The notes under the pieces were generated by a model. That model was not told the origin of the DNA, did no database searches, and saw nothing but the letters and a program-made list of their open reading frames with translations. A stretch of 64,000 nucleotides of DNA from an uncultured Candidatus Rokubacteria bacterium (GTDB lineage Bacteria; Methylomirabilota; Methylomirabilia; Rokubacteriales; CSP1-6). Shown one piece after another: positions 43,662 to 55,395 of this stretch. Position numbers and translations under genes: made by a program. Location: contig CAWBMV010000036.1 in NCBI GenBank assembly GCA_963789955.1, forward strand, positions 152,142-216,141, read 5' to 3'. Within the stretch, counting starts at the first letter, position 1; each line of letters opens with the position of its first letter.

Positions 43662-44673
43662 TCAGCGAGTATTGACGATCTTGTCCCACATGTCGGCGTA
43701 CTGCTGCCGGTACGGGGGCCAGATCTTCTCCTCGGCAACCTTGCGGAACGAGGCCACGTCGGCCTGGTTCACCTTCATGCCCTTGGGCTCCAGGATCTCC
43801 TTCGCCTTCTGGAAATTGTCGACCGACTCGGTCAGCTCACGCACCTTCGTCTGGGCCTCGCGCCCGACGTCGAGCATGAGCTTCTGCTGCTCGGGTGACA
43901 GGCCGCGGAACAGGTCCAGGTTCATCACCAGCACGGTCGGACCGTAGTTGTGATACGTCATCGACGCGTACTTCGCGACCTCGTACGCCTTGAGCGCGTT
44001 GATGTTGACCACCGGCAGATCGGCGCCGTCGATGACGCCCTGCTGCGCCGCCGGAATGACCTCACCCCACGGCATCGGCACCGCGCTGGCGCCGAGACCG
44101 TTCACGGTGTCCGCGAACACGCGTCCCTGCTGGACGCGCATCTTGAGACCCTTGAGATCGGCCGGCGTGTTGATCGGCCGCTTGTTGTTCCAGAAGTGAC
44201 GGAAGCCGTAGTCGTAGAAGAAGAGGACCTTCAGCTTGTACTTCTTCTGGAAGGTCTCGTCGAGGTTCTTGCCGATCTCGCCGTTGAACATGGCGTAGGC
44301 GTGGTGGTAGTCACGGACGAGAAACGGCGTGAGGAACACGCACATCTCGGGGAAGACGGTGCACGCCGCGCCGGCCGGGCTGCCCATCGCGATGTTGCCG
44401 GACTTCACGGCGTCCATGATCTCGAGCTCTTTGGTGAGCAAGGTCCCGCCGTGGAACACGGCGTTGAGGCTCCCGTTCGAACGCTTGGTCAGCTCCTCGC
44501 ACATCCACTTGAAGGCGACGCCGCTCGACTCCGGCGGGGGCGGTGACGTGCGCCAGGTCCAGCTTCTTCGCCGCCGGCTTGGCCTGACCCACCGCCGGGC
44601 TCCCGCCGCCCGACAGCGCCACCGCCATCAGCATGACCGCCGTGATCGCACCGAGGAGTAGTCGTCCGCGCAT
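43662..44673 (-). CDS. dctP: TRAP transporter substrate-binding protein DctP, frameshifted
   Basis: YGFRHF, DLKGLKMRV and PMPWGEVIPAAQQGVIDG; the signal peptide is in ORF 44311-44673. Confidence 0.88.
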
Positions 44674-44741
44674 GAGCCACCCTCCTTGACCTAGTCGTCC
44701 TTGACTTCGAGGCGGGGCAACTTTACCATCCGCCGCGCCAC

Positions 44742-45273
44742 ATGCGCGGGCGATTGTCGTCGTGGATCGGAGCGATACCGCACGTCGTGATCACCGTGCT
44801 GATGGTCGTCGTCACCGTGGACATGCTCGTCGGCGTGTTCCTCCGCTACGTGATGACGTGGGTCTCCGCGACGTTCGACCTGCCATCGGTTCGCTTCTTC
44901 TGGGTCGAGGAAGTCGGCGAGTGGTCGCTCGCCTGGCTCAGCTTCATCGCCGCCGCGCTGGGAATCCGCCGCGGCATCCACTTCGCGGTCCACCTCGTCA
45001 TCAACGGCTTCCCGCTGCCCGCTTCGCCGGGCCGTGCTCGCGACGCAATGCCTGCTGATCGTCCTGTTCGGCGCGCTGCTCGCGATCTTCGGCTGGCAGG
45101 TGGCCGAGCTGAACAGCCAGTCGTTTTCTCCCGCGCTCGTGTTGAACCTCCGCTGGCTCTATCTCTCGTCCGTCGTCGGCGGCGTGCTCATGGTGGTCTA
45201 CGGCTGCATCACCCTGGGCGACGTCTTCAGCGGCCGCGGGCCGTGGGGAGAGCTCGTGAAGGGCTCGGAGTAG
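44742..45273 (+). CDS. dctQ: TRAP transporter small permease DctQ, frameshifted
   Basis: VFLRY, FWVEEV and GIRRGIHFAV; four TM segments; indel near 25 nt window around 45025. Confidence 0.82.
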
Positions 45274-45276
45274 CCG

Positions 45277-46560
45277 ATGGTCACCGCCGTCGTCGTGTCG
45301 TTCGTGCTCCTGGTCGCCCTGTCGACGCCGATCGTCTTCGCGCTCGGGCTCTCCGGCTTGCTCGGCCTCTATCTCGGAAACTTCTCGCTGCAGAAGATGC
45401 CCTCGGCGCTGGTCGCGGGCTCGCAGAGCTGGGTGTTGCTGGCGGTGCCGACGTTCGTGTTCGCGGGCGCCCTGATGGAGCGTTGCGGCATGTCCTACGC
45501 GCTCGTGAACCTCGCGCGCGGGCTGGTCGGGTGGGTGCGCGGCGGGCTCGGCATGTCGGTGGTTCTCGCCGAGTACTTCTTCTCGGGGATCTCGGGCTCC
45601 ACGATCGCCGACGTCTCGGCCATCGGCTCGATGCTGACGCCGCCGATGCTGCGCGCCGGCTACAAACCCGAGCACGCCGCCTCGCTGGTGGCGTCGGCCA
45701 CCGCGATGGGCATCCTGGTGCCGCCGGCCATCTTCATGATCGTGCTCGGTCAGATCATGGACACGTCGGTCGTCGCCATCTTCCTCGGCGGCTTCATTCC
45801 CGCGGCCGTCACCGCCGCGTGCCTCATGGCGGTCATCTTTGTGCAGGCGCATCGGCTCGGCTGGCCCAAGGACGAGCGGCCGACGTGGGCGAGCCTCTCC
45901 GAGGCGGGGCGCGCGTCGCTGGTGCCGCTCGTGGTCCCGGTGGTGATCGTCCTCGGGTTCTTCTTCGGCGTCTTCACCGCGACCGAAGCCGGCGCCCTGG
46001 TGGCGGCGTACGCGGTGGCCGCCGCGCTCCTCTACTACCGCAACGTGAGCCTGCGGGAGATGTGGACGCTTGCTCCACGAGACCGCGCTGCTCACCGGGA
46101 GCCGTGATCTTCCTGCTGGCGGTGGCGAGCATCTATCAGTTCCTGATGGGGATGCTGGGCGTGCCGGTGCTGCTCGGCGAGCTCTTGAAACCCCTCTACG
46201 GCACGCCGTGGCTCTTCCTGGTCGCGGTGTCGCGTGCTCGTGATGCTCTTCGGCATGGTGCTCGAGGGGTTGCCGGCGGCGGTGGTGCTCATTCCGGTCG
46301 TGTTCCCGATCTCCAAGCAGATCGGCATCCATCCCGTCCACTTCGCGACCGTGCTCACCGCCGCCGTCGGGATCGGCCTCTTCTTGCCGCCGATCGGCGT
46401 CGGGCTCCTCATGGCCCTGCGCTTCGCGGACATTTCCGTCGGCCGCCACTTCCGGGCGTACTGGCCGTACCTGCTCTCGCTGTTCATCGGCCTGCTCATC
46501 CTGATTCTGTTCCCCGAGCTGACGCTCTTCCTGCCCCGCCGCGCCGGCCTCGTTCGCTGA
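45277..46560 (+). CDS. dctM: TRAP transporter large permease DctM, frameshifted
   Basis: LLAVPTF, FSGISGS, LVPP, FTATEA and GIHPVHF...IGLFLPPIG. Confidence 0.88.
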
Positions 46561-46600
46561 GGGACGGCTCGGCTCGACGGCGACGAGAAAGAGGCGCGCG

Positions 46601-46873
46601 ATGCTCTACATGATCATCGAGAGCTTCAAGAACGGCGATCCGGTCCCGGTGTATCGGCGATTCCGCGACAAGGGACGGCAGGCTCCGGAGGCGTTGAAGT
46701 ACATCTCGAGCTGGGTCACGACGGACATGAGCCGGTGCTATCAGCTCATGGAGTGCGAGGATCGCCGGCTCCTCGACGAGTGGATCACCCGCTGGAACGA
46801 CGTGGCGGACATGGAGGTGATCCCGGTGATCACCTCGGCGCAGGCGGTGGAGCGGATCACCCCGCGCCTCTAG
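46601..46873 (+). CDS. DUF3303-family small protein
   Basis: MLYMIIESF...VYRRFRDKGR..PE.LKYISSW...RCYQLME. Confidence 0.8.
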   Translation: MLYMIIESFKNGDPVPVYRRFRDKGRQAPEALKYISSWVTTDMSRCYQLMECEDRRLLDEWITRWNDVADMEVIPVITSAQAVERITPRL

Positions 46874-46881
46874 CGCCGCCG

Positions 46882-47685
46882 TCACGCGGGCGACGCCAGC
46901 GGCTTCGTCGCTCGGAAGTAGAGAAACAGCGCGGCGTGATCGCGCCAGCCGCGCTGACTTGGATGCGCCTGGCAGTACTCCTCCGACGGCCGCGGCTCCT
47001 CGATGCGCTCGAGCACGTAGCCGGCACCGATCAGCGTGTTGACGTACTCGGACAAGGTGCGACCGAAGCACGGCACCGCGAACTCCGGCGCGTCCCGGGG
47101 CGCGTCGGTGAAGCGCCAGCGCTCGACCCAGCCAGCCGGATCGAAGTAGTTCCCGACCATCCACTTGATCTTGACCCCCTGCTCGTCGAGGAGCCACTGC
47201 GCGTCCTTCGTGAGGAAGCAGGGGTGCGTCATGCTGAACGCGAGCGTGCCGCCCGGCCGGAGCACGCGGAACGTCTCGCGCATGGCGAGATCGAATCGAG
47301 GCCCGTCCATCAGGGACATGAACGAGACGACCGCGTCGAAGCTCGCGTCGCCGAACGTCGCGAGATCGGTGTACGAGGCGTGCGAGAAATCGATCCCGAG
47401 GGGCTCGCGGCGCTCCTCGGCGCGCGCCAGCGCGATCATCCGCTCCGAGAGGTCGATACCGGTCATGCGGGCACCGCGCCGGGCGAGAATGCGCGTGTTG
47501 TAGCCCTCGCCGCAGCCGGCGTCGAGCACGCGTTTGCCGCGCACGTCGCCGACGAAGGCGAGAAACGCCGGATTGTTGAGCCATTCGCGGGCGACGTCGG
47601 CCCCGCGCCGCACTTGCTCTGCCCACGCGGCGGCGTTTTCGTCCCAGTAGCGCGCCACGTCCTCGAGGGAGAAGTCGTCTCTCAC
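46882..47685 (-). CDS. Class I SAM-dependent methyltransferase
   Basis: VLDAGCGEG, GIDLS and RVLRPGG..HPCF. Confidence 0.9.
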   Translation of the reverse strand: MRDDFSLEDVARYWDENAAAWAEQVRRGADVAREWLNNPAFLAFVGDVRGKRVLDAGCGEGYNTRILARRGARMTGIDLSERMIALARAEERREPLGIDFSHASYTDLATFGDASFDAVVSFMSLMDGPRFDLAMRETFRVLRPGGTLAFSMTHPCFLTKDAQWLLDEQGVKIKWMVGNYFDPAGWVERWRFTDAPRDAPEFAVPCFGRTLSEYVNTLIGAGYVLERIEEPRPSEEYCQAHPSQRGWRDHAALFLYFRATKPLASPA

Positions 47686-47788
47686 GCCACGAACATACGG
47701 TCGGCCCGAGCGAAGTCAAGCCAATGCCGGGCGACGGCGTCATGTGTTACGGTCGTTCTGCGGCAAATGAGCTGACGAGGAGCCCGAG

Positions 47789-48598
47789 ATGAAGGTCGCC
47801 GTCGTCCAGATGAACAGCGGGGAAGACAAGGCGCAGAACCTCTCGACCGCCGAGCGGTTGCTCGTCGAGTCCGCCGAGCGCGGCGCGGAGCTGGCGGTGC
47901 TGCCCGAGCTCTTCACCTATCTCGGCCGTCGTCGCGGGCATCGCGAGGTCGCCGACGCGGTTCCCGGCATGACCTCCGAGCTCCTCACGCGGATCGCGCG
48001 GCAGCGCCATCTGCACATCGTCGGCGGGAGCTTTCTGGAAACCGCGTCGGGCCACGAGCGGCTCTTCAACACGTGCCTGGCCATCGACGCCGACGGCTCG
48101 ATCGTCGCGCGCTACCGGAAGCTTCATCTCTTCGACGTGGACGTCGACGGACACCGCTATCGCGAGTCCGACACGATGTCGCCCGGCGAGGACGTCGTGC
48201 TCACGAAGCTCGGCGACGTGGCGATCGGGCTCACGATCTGCTACGACCTGCGGTTCCCCGAGCTCTATCGGCGTCTGGGCGCCGGCGGTGCCCGCATCAT
48301 CACGGCACCATCCGCGTTCACGTTCGAGACGGGCAAGGATCACTGGGACCTGCTCGTTCGCACCCGGGCTGTCGAGAATCAGGTCTTCGTGCTGGCGGCC
48401 GCGCAGGTCGGCTCGCATCCGCCCGGCCTGGCCTGCTACGGCAACGCGATGATCGTCGACCCGTGGGGTACCGTGCTCGCGCGCGCGCCGGAAGGCGAAG
48501 GCGTGGTCGTGGCCGATCTCGACTTCGACCACCAGGACCGCGTCCGCGCGAGCCTGCCGGCGCTGAACCACCGGCGGACGGAGATCCTCGGACTCTAG
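47789..48598 (+). CDS. Carbon-nitrogen hydrolase (Nit1-like)
   Basis: LPE, YRKLHLFD, ICYDLRFPE and RAVENQ (Glu-Lys-Cys triad). Confidence 0.9.
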   Translation: MKVAVVQMNSGEDKAQNLSTAERLLVESAERGAELAVLPELFTYLGRRRGHREVADAVPGMTSELLTRIARQRHLHIVGGSFLETASGHERLFNTCLAIDADGSIVARYRKLHLFDVDVDGHRYRESDTMSPGEDVVLTKLGDVAIGLTICYDLRFPELYRRLGAGGARIITAPSAFTFETGKDHWDLLVRTRAVENQVFVLAAAQVGSHPPGLACYGNAMIVDPWGTVLARAPEGEGVVVADLDFDHQDRVRASLPALNHRRTEILGL

Positions 48599-48601
48599 GC
48601 G

Positions 48602-49763
48602 CTACCGGGCCTGAAGCAGCTCGAGGAATGCCCGGGCCGTGTTGGCCCAGGTGAAGCGAGTCATATCCTGCGCCGCCCGCGCGCCGAGCACGGCCAGCCG
48701 CTCGCGATTCTGATACGCCCACTCGAGCTTCTCGACGACTTCCTCGAGCTCGGCGTCGTGCCACACCTTCGGCGCGTTGTCGCCGTCGCGTACCGTGGCC
48801 TGACGCAAGCGCCGCAGCGGCAGCGAATTCTCGTCGGTCAGCACGTCCTTGTGCCCGCTGCCGAACGTCGCGATCGCCGGCCGGCCGCAGGCCATGTACT
48901 CCATCATCACGAGGTTGGTGCCGCCCTCGCAGCGACTCGGGAACAACCCGACGTCGCTGTTGCGGTAGACACGGGCCATCGCCGCATTCGGGAGGGGCCC
49001 GAGGTGGATGGCGCGGGTGGCGTCCACCCCGTTCGCGGCCAGGACGCCTTCGATGAGCGTCCGGTACTCGACGGCTGCCGGCGGGCGCCTCGAAGTGAAT
49101 GTAGGGCGACGCGCGCATCGTGCGCACGCCCGCCGGCACCGGGTTGAACCAGGACGTCACGAGCAGCACGTCCTCGTGGCGCTCTTGCAGGACTTTGAAG
49201 GCCGCGATGGCCAGGTCCTGGCCTCGGCGCAGTGCGAACTTGCCGCCGGAGAACACGACGAAGCGGTCGCCGAAGAACTCGCGGCCGCCGGGGACGGGCC
49301 GGAAGATCGTGGGATCCACGCCTTGCACGATGGTCCGGACCTCGGAGAGGCCGTGTTGGCGCAGAATCTCGCTGCACCACGAGGAGCCGGTGGCCAGCAC
49401 GTCGTAGAGCGTTCGCGCGGTCTCGATGCTCGACGGCTGAAACGTCGTCTGCTCGAAGAATGCGTATCCCACGTTGCGGCGGCCACGCAGCCTCGGGCGC
49501 AGCGGGGCCAGATCGGGGCTCGGCACGCTCTGAAGCACCGGCGACTCGACGTCGGCGGCACGCCCGGCCTGGATCTCGGGGGGCGCCAGCAGGCCGCGTA
49601 GCGCCGCGAGCTCGAGCTCGTCGCCGACGAGGCCGGCCTCCAGGCGGTCGGTGACGAGGCACACGGGCGCCATCCGCGAGAGCTCGCGGGTGACGTATCG
49701 CCCGCAAACGCCCCAGCTATGGGTCGTTCCGAGCGGCAGGGCCAGGTACAGGATCTCCCCCAC
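48602..49763 (-). CDS. GT4 glycosyltransferase, frameshifted
   Basis: QGVDPTIF, SGGKF..RRGQD and FPSRCEGGTNLVMMEYMACG; indel near 49070. Confidence 0.82.
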
Positions 49764-49917
49764 GTGCGGTCCCCCTTGATCGAGTATGCAATGGGAGATC
49801 CGTAGAGCCGCTATTCGGCGCGATGCGCCCGCCGGCCGGCCCGGACGCCCTTCCCGCGGCCCGCTTGCCCGTTTCCGACCGCCGCGTTAAGGTCGGGCCC
49901 CGGAGGGGAGATCGGTC

Positions 49918-51556
49918 ATGGGGAGCACGGACGGCGGCATCTTCCAGAGGGGTCTCGGGCGCACCGGCGCGAACTTCGCGCCGCTGACTCCGCTCGGGTT
50001 CCTCCCGCGTTCGGCGTCGATCTACCCCGATCGCGTGGCGGTCGTCCACGGCGACCGGCGCATCACCTATCGCGAGTTCGACCTGCGCGCCCGGCGCCTG
50101 GCCTCGGCCCTCGCCCGGCGTGGCATCGGGCCGGGGGACACCGTGTCCGCCGTGCTCCCGAACGTGCCGGCGATGCTCGAGGCCCACTTCGGCGTGCCGA
50201 TGACCGGCGCCGTGCTCAACACGATCAACACGCGGCTCGACGCGCGGACGATCGGCTACATCCTGGAGCACGGCGAGGCGAAGGTGCTCCTGACCGACCG
50301 GGAGTACGCGGCAACGGTCGGCCCGGCGCTCGAAAAGCTCCGCGAGAAGCCCCTGGTGGTCGAGGTGGACGACGTGCTCTATCAGGGGCCGGGCGATCGG
50401 CTCGGCGAGATCGAGTACGAAGCGCTGCTCGCGACGGGCTCCGACGACTACACGTGGACTCCGCCCGGCGACGAGAGCGCCCCGATCACCCTCAACTACA
50501 CGTCGGGCACCACGGGCAACCCGAAGGGCGTGGTCTATCACCACCGCGGCGCGTTCCTGGAATCGGTCGGCAACGTCATGATGTGGCCGCTGCCGCCGGG
50601 CGCCGTCTATCTGTGGACCTTGCCGATGTTCCATTGCAACGGCTGGTGCTACACGTGGGCGGTGACGGCGATGGGCGGCACTCACGTGTGCTTGCGCCGC
50701 GTCGATCCGCCGCTCGTGTTCCAGCTGATCGCGCGCGAGCGCGTCAGCCACATGTGCGGCGCGCCGACCGTGCTCACCATGCTGATCCAAACGCCGCCCG
50801 CGGATCGAACACGGTTCGAGCAGGTGGTCGAGCTCGAGACCGGCGGCTCCTCACCGCCGGCCAAGGTGATCCGGGCGATGAGCGAGATGGGCTTCAACGT
50901 CACGCATCTCTACGGCCTCACCGAGGTGCACGGGCCCTCGACGCTCTGCGCACCGCAGGAGGCGTGGGCGAAGCTCGAGCTCGGCGAGCGGGCCGAGAAG
51001 CTGGCGAGGCAGGGCGTGCGCTATCCGACGCTCGACGGCCAGATGGTCGCGGACCCGAAGACGCTCCGGCCGGTGCCGTCGGACGGGCGCACGATCGGCG
51101 AGGTCGTGCTCCGGGGCAACACTGTCATGCTCGGCTATCTGAAAGACCGGGCGGCGACCGACGCCGCCTTCGAAGGCGGCTGGTTCCACACCGGCGACCT
51201 CGCCGTCCAGCATCCCGACGGCTACATGGAGATCAAGGACCGCGCGAAGGACATCATCATCTCCGGCGGCGAGAACATCTCGTCGATCGAGGTCGAGATC
51301 GCGCTGAATCGGCACCCGGCGGTCCTGATGTCCGCGGTGGTGGCGCGTCCCGACGAGAAGTGGGGCGAGACGCCGTGCGCGTTCGTGCAGCTGCGGCCGG
51401 ACGCCGCAGGCCACCGCCGAGGAGCTGATCGCTTTCTGCCGCGATAACTTGCCGCATTTCGCGATCCCGCGGACCGTCGTGTTCGGCGCGCTGCCGACCA
51501 CCTCGACCGGCAAAGTGCAGAAATACACGCTGCGTGAACGCGCGAGGACCCTGTGA
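49918..51556 (+). CDS. Acyl-CoA synthetase
   Basis: [23 protein letters not shown] and WFHTGDL; the tail [11 protein letters not shown] is in another frame (indel near 51410). Confidence 0.9.
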
Positions 51557-53133
51557 GCTCCGAATTCTTCCGTCCACCTCTCGACTATCCGCGGATTCCG
51601 TACGATCAGATGCTGACGCACGGCGCCGAGCGCTTCCCGGAGAACGTGGCGATCGTCTTCCGCGAGGTGAGCCTGACCTATCGCGAGCTCGAGGCGCTGA
51701 CCCATCGCTTCGCGCGGGCGCTCGCCGCGCTCGGCGTGGCGAAGGGCGACCGCGTCTGCGTGCTGTCGCCGAACTGCCCGGAGTACATCATCGCGTTCTA
51801 CGCGATCGCCCGGATCGGCGCGGTGGCGAGCCCGATGAATCCGTCCTATCGCGAGCGCGAGATCGAATACCAGCTGAACGACACCGAAGCGGTGGCCATC
51901 GTCGTGCACCACGGCCTGGTCCCGCTCGTCGACGCGGTACGCCCCCGCACGCCGCATCTCAAGCACGTCATCGCGGTCGGGCCCGGCCAGTCATCGCGGC
52001 CGTCCGCGCGGAGCTTCGACGAGCTGATCGCGAAGCAGCCGGCCACCCCGCCGGCGCCGGTGGCGATCCAGGAAGACGATCTGGTGGCGCTGCCCTACTC
52101 GAGCGGAACGACGGGGCTCCCGAAGGGCGTGATGATCAGCCACCGGAACCTCGTCACCAACAACATCCAGTTCGTCGCGTGCATCCGCATGCGCGAGAGC
52201 GACCGGCTGATGCTGTTCCTGCCCTTCTATCACATCTACGGCACGATGCTCATGGGCGCCGCGGTCTACACGGGGGCCACGTGCGTGCTGATGGAGCGGT
52301 TCGAGCCGGTGGAGTGCCTCGAGCTCGTGCAGCGCCACCGGGTCACGCTCTTCTTCGTCGTGCCGCCGGTGCTGCTCATGCTCTCGAACTGGCCGGAGCT
52401 CTCGAAGTATGACGTCTCGAGCCTGAGGACGACGATGGTGGGCGCGGCGCCGGTCGCGCCCGAGCTGGCCCGCCGCTTCAAGCAGCTGACCGGCGTGCCG
52501 GTGCTGCAGGGCTACGGCATGACCGAGGCCTCGCCGCTCACGCACGTGAATCCGGTCTACGACGAGAACCTCAACGTCGTCGATTCGGCCGGCCTGCTCG
52601 CCCACGACACCACGCACAAGGTGGTCGACATCGAGACGGGCGAGCGCGAGCTGCCGCCCGGCGAGGTCGGGGAGATCTGCATCCGCGGGCCGCAGATCAT
52701 GCGCGGCTACTGGAGAGCGCCCGAGGCGACGGCGGCGGCGCTGCGCGACGGCTGGTACTACAGCGGCGACATCGGCTACGTCGACGAGCGCGGGTACCTC
52801 TTCATCCGTGATCGCAAGAAGGAGATGATCAAGTTCAAGGGATTCGGGATCGCGCCGGCCGAGATCGAGGCGCTGCTGATCGAGCATCCGGCGATCGCCG
52901 ACGCGGCGGTGATCGGCAAGCCGCATCCCGAAGCGGGCGAGATCCCCAAGGCGTTCGTGGTCAAGAAGAAGGGGCAGGACCTCACGGCCAACGACGTCGT
53001 CGCATTCGTCAAGGGCCGGCTCGCGAACTACAAGATCCCGGGCGAGGTGGAGTTCGTCGACGCGATCCCGAAGACGCCGTCCGGCAAGATTCTCCGCCGG
53101 GTGCTGAAGGAGCAGGAGCTCGCCAAGGGCTGA
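51553..53133 (+). CDS. Long-chain/aryl acid--CoA ligase (4-coumarate-CoA ligase-like)
   Basis: [22 protein letters not shown] and [11 protein letters not shown]. Confidence 0.9.
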   Translation: MSSEFFRPPLDYPRIPYDQMLTHGAERFPENVAIVFREVSLTYRELEALTHRFARALAALGVAKGDRVCVLSPNCPEYIIAFYAIARIGAVASPMNPSYREREIEYQLNDTEAVAIVVHHGLVPLVDAVRPRTPHLKHVIAVGPGQSSRPSARSFDELIAKQPATPPAPVAIQEDDLVALPYSSGTTGLPKGVMISHRNLVTNNIQFVACIRMRESDRLMLFLPFYHIYGTMLMGAAVYTGATCVLMERFEPVECLELVQRHRVTLFFVVPPVLLMLSNWPELSKYDVSSLRTTMVGAAPVAPELARRFKQLTGVPVLQGYGMTEASPLTHVNPVYDENLNVVDSAGLLAHDTTHKVVDIETGERELPPGEVGEICIRGPQIMRGYWRAPEATAAALRDGWYYSGDIGYVDERGYLFIRDRKKEMIKFKGFGIAPAEIEALLIEHPAIADAAVIGKPHPEAGEIPKAFVVKKKGQDLTANDVVAFVKGRLANYKIPGEVEFVDAIPKTPSGKILRRVLKEQELAKG

Positions 53134-53143
53134 CCGGACTCGC

Positions 53144-53557
53144 TCAGTCCGGGCGCATCGTGTACGTCCAGCACTCTCCTTCGAGCACGACGGTGCCGTC
53201 CTGATTCTTGATGGTCGCGCGGAGCTGACAGACCGGCTTGTCGGGCTTCAGCGAAAGGACCTCGACCTCACCGGTCAGCGTGTCCCCGAGATAGGTCGGC
53301 GCCAGGTACTTCAGCGACTGGCTCATGAAGACGGTGCCGGGCCCCGGCAAATCCATGGCGACCAGCGCGTTGAGCATGCCGGCGGTGATCCCGCCCTGGG
53401 CGACCAGCCGGCCGAAGCGCGTGCGCTTGGCGAAGTCCGGGTCGAAGTGGAGCGGATTACGGTCGCCGGTGATCTCGGCGTAGAGCTCGACTTCCTTCGC
53501 GGTGATGGTCTGGGTGCGCTGCGCGCGCTGCCCGATCGAGAGACCGAGAGGGCCCAT
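53144..53557 (-). CDS. MaoC-family (R)-specific enoyl-CoA hydratase
   Basis: TGDRNPLHFD...TRFG...QGG and LPGPGT. Confidence 0.88.
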   Translation of the reverse strand: MGPLGLSIGQRAQRTQTITAKEVELYAEITGDRNPLHFDPDFAKRTRFGRLVAQGGITAGMLNALVAMDLPGPGTVFMSQSLKYLAPTYLGDTLTGEVEVLSLKPDKPVCQLRATIKNQDGTVVLEGECWTYTMRPD

Positions 53558-53611
53558 ACGATCGAGAGCATACTTGACTTGTCCGATGCCCGCACAGTAT
53601 CGAGACCGCAC

Positions 53612-54499
53612 ATGATGCGCCGATGGCTCGCGGCGGCGCTGCTCCTCGTCTCGTTGGCCCCTGCGTCTCCGAGCTGGGGGGCGCCGCCCTGTCAGGAGCA
53701 CGAGATCGGTCTCTCTGGGCCGGCGCCCGCGTCGCTCGAGCGCAGCGCGTCAACCGCCGAGCTCATCGATGCGACGGCGCGGGTCATCCGCGACAAGCTC
53801 GACCTGCCGTTCTCGCCGGCGTACAAGGCGTATGTCTGCGGAGACGAGGCGGCGTTCGCCGAGGCGCTGCTCAGGAACTTCGGCGTCCGGGGAGTCGGGG
53901 GCGACTGGGGCATCGTTCCCTCCGCGGCCGGCCTGGCCACGCGCGTCGGCGTCTTCCTGCGCGGCGACTACCTCGCCCGCGCGAGCTTCCGCCGCCGCGT
54001 GACGGTCATCGCCCACGAGCTGGCGCACCTCTCGCAACAAGACCTGGCCAGACACCGGGACGAGCGGCTGCCGGTGTGGATGCTCGAGGGCCACGCGGAC
54101 TGGGTCGCGTTCCAGGTGCTCGACCTGCTCGGTCTCCAGGCGTACACCGAGTCGCGCGAGGGCATCGTCCGCTCGGTCACCGGCGCGGTAACCCCGGTCG
54201 AGCATTTTCCCGATCTCGACACGCTCGCCGATCACGAGTCCTGGAATCGATCGGTGCGCAGCGTGCCGGCGACGTACGGGCAGGCGTTCCTGGCGGTCGA
54301 GTACCTGATCGAGCGCTCGAGCCGCGCGGCGCTCGTGAAGTTCATGAGCTCGTCCGTGGAGGCCGACGATCCGCGGGAGCGCTGGGCCGACGTCTTCTCG
54401 ATGCCCTATCGCGCGTTCGCGGCTGACTTTCGCGCCCACCTCAAGAGCCTGCGCCGGCCGGCAACGGGACTGACGGCCGAGCCGAAGCCGCAGCCGTGA
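53612..54499 (+). CDS. Exported gluzincin-type metallopeptidase-like protein
   Basis: Signal peptide; AHELAH...WMLEGHADW; TYGQAFLAV. Confidence 0.7.
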   Translation: MMRRWLAAALLLVSLAPASPSWGAPPCQEHEIGLSGPAPASLERSASTAELIDATARVIRDKLDLPFSPAYKAYVCGDEAAFAEALLRNFGVRGVGGDWGIVPSAAGLATRVGVFLRGDYLARASFRRRVTVIAHELAHLSQQDLARHRDERLPVWMLEGHADWVAFQVLDLLGLQAYTESREGIVRSVTGAVTPVEHFPDLDTLADHESWNRSVRSVPATYGQAFLAVEYLIERSSRAALVKFMSSSVEADDPRERWADVFSMPYRAFAADFRAHLKSLRRPATGLTAEPKPQP

Positions 54500-55395
54500 G
54501 GCGCTCGGCGCTCGCGCTGATCGTGCTCCTGGTCGGGCTGGTCGGGTGCTCGGCCCTCAGTGGTCCGTATCGCGAGTACGAGATCCGGTTCGAAGGTGGC
54601 GACCAGCCGGTGCTCGGCGCGAACCCGAGCGACGAAGAGCTCATCAACGTGACGGCCTGGCTGATCCGTCACAAGCTCGAGCTGCCGTTTCCGCCGACGA
54701 TCAAGGCGTACGTCTACGTCAACGAGGCCACCATGGTCGACGGACTCATCAAGGTGGCGGGCGACAACCACGACGAGGCGTGGGACAAGGGGCGGTACGC
54801 GGCCGGCGTCGCGGCGCGGAGCGGCCTGTTCCTGCGTGGGGACTACGTGGCGCGGATGCACCTGGTCGGGCGCGCCGGGCTCTTCGCCCACGAGCTGGCG
54901 CACGTGAGCCAGACCCAGCTGCGCGAGGGTGGCCGGGGGCGCGCGGCGCAGTGGATCCTCGAAGGCCACGCCGAATGGGTCAAGATCCGCGTGCTCGACC
55001 TGCTCCACTATCGCGCGTACACGGAGTCGCGCGATCTCGTCGTGCGCACGGTCGTGGGCTCGCCGACGCCGATCAAGCTGTTTCCCGACCTCCAGGAGCT
55101 CTCCCGGAACGCCAACTGGGTGGCGTCCACGAACAAGCTGGGCGCGCCCGCGACGTATTGCCAGGCGTTTCTGGCGGTGGACTGGCTCGTCGAGCGCTAC
55201 GGCCCTGCGAAGGTTACCGAATTTCTCGGGCGGTTCGCGCTCGACAGCCCGCCGCGCGAGAACTGGGCCAAGGTGTTTCCGATCTCCTACCGCCAGTTCG
55301 CCGAGGAGTTCCGCGTCCGGCTGGAGAATCTGGCCGGGTCTACGCCTTCGGCAGGAGAGGGCAACCTGGGGGCATCGCAGCCTTCTTGCGGTTGA
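54496..55395 (+). CDS. Lipoprotein gluzincin-type metallopeptidase-like protein (paralog of upstream gene)
   Basis: LVGC lipobox; AHELAH...WILEGHAEW; TYCQAFLAV; GTGA overlap with the upstream gene. Confidence 0.7.
   Translation: MRRSALALIVLLVGLVGCSALSGPYREYEIRFEGGDQPVLGANPSDEELINVTAWLIRHKLELPFPPTIKAYVYVNEATMVDGLIKVAGDNHDEAWDKGRYAAGVAARSGLFLRGDYVARMHLVGRAGLFAHELAHVSQTQLREGGRGRAAQWILEGHAEWVKIRVLDLLHYRAYTESRDLVVRTVVGSPTPIKLFPDLQELSRNANWVASTNKLGAPATYCQAFLAVDWLVERYGPAKVTEFLGRFALDSPPRENWAKVFPISYRQFAEEFRVRLENLAGSTPSAGEGNLGASQPSCG

Noticed and set aside
55340..55395. Convergent 56-bp overlap as an antisense regulatory device
   Set aside because: It involves only low-complexity C-terminal tails, which is common in GC-rich genomes.
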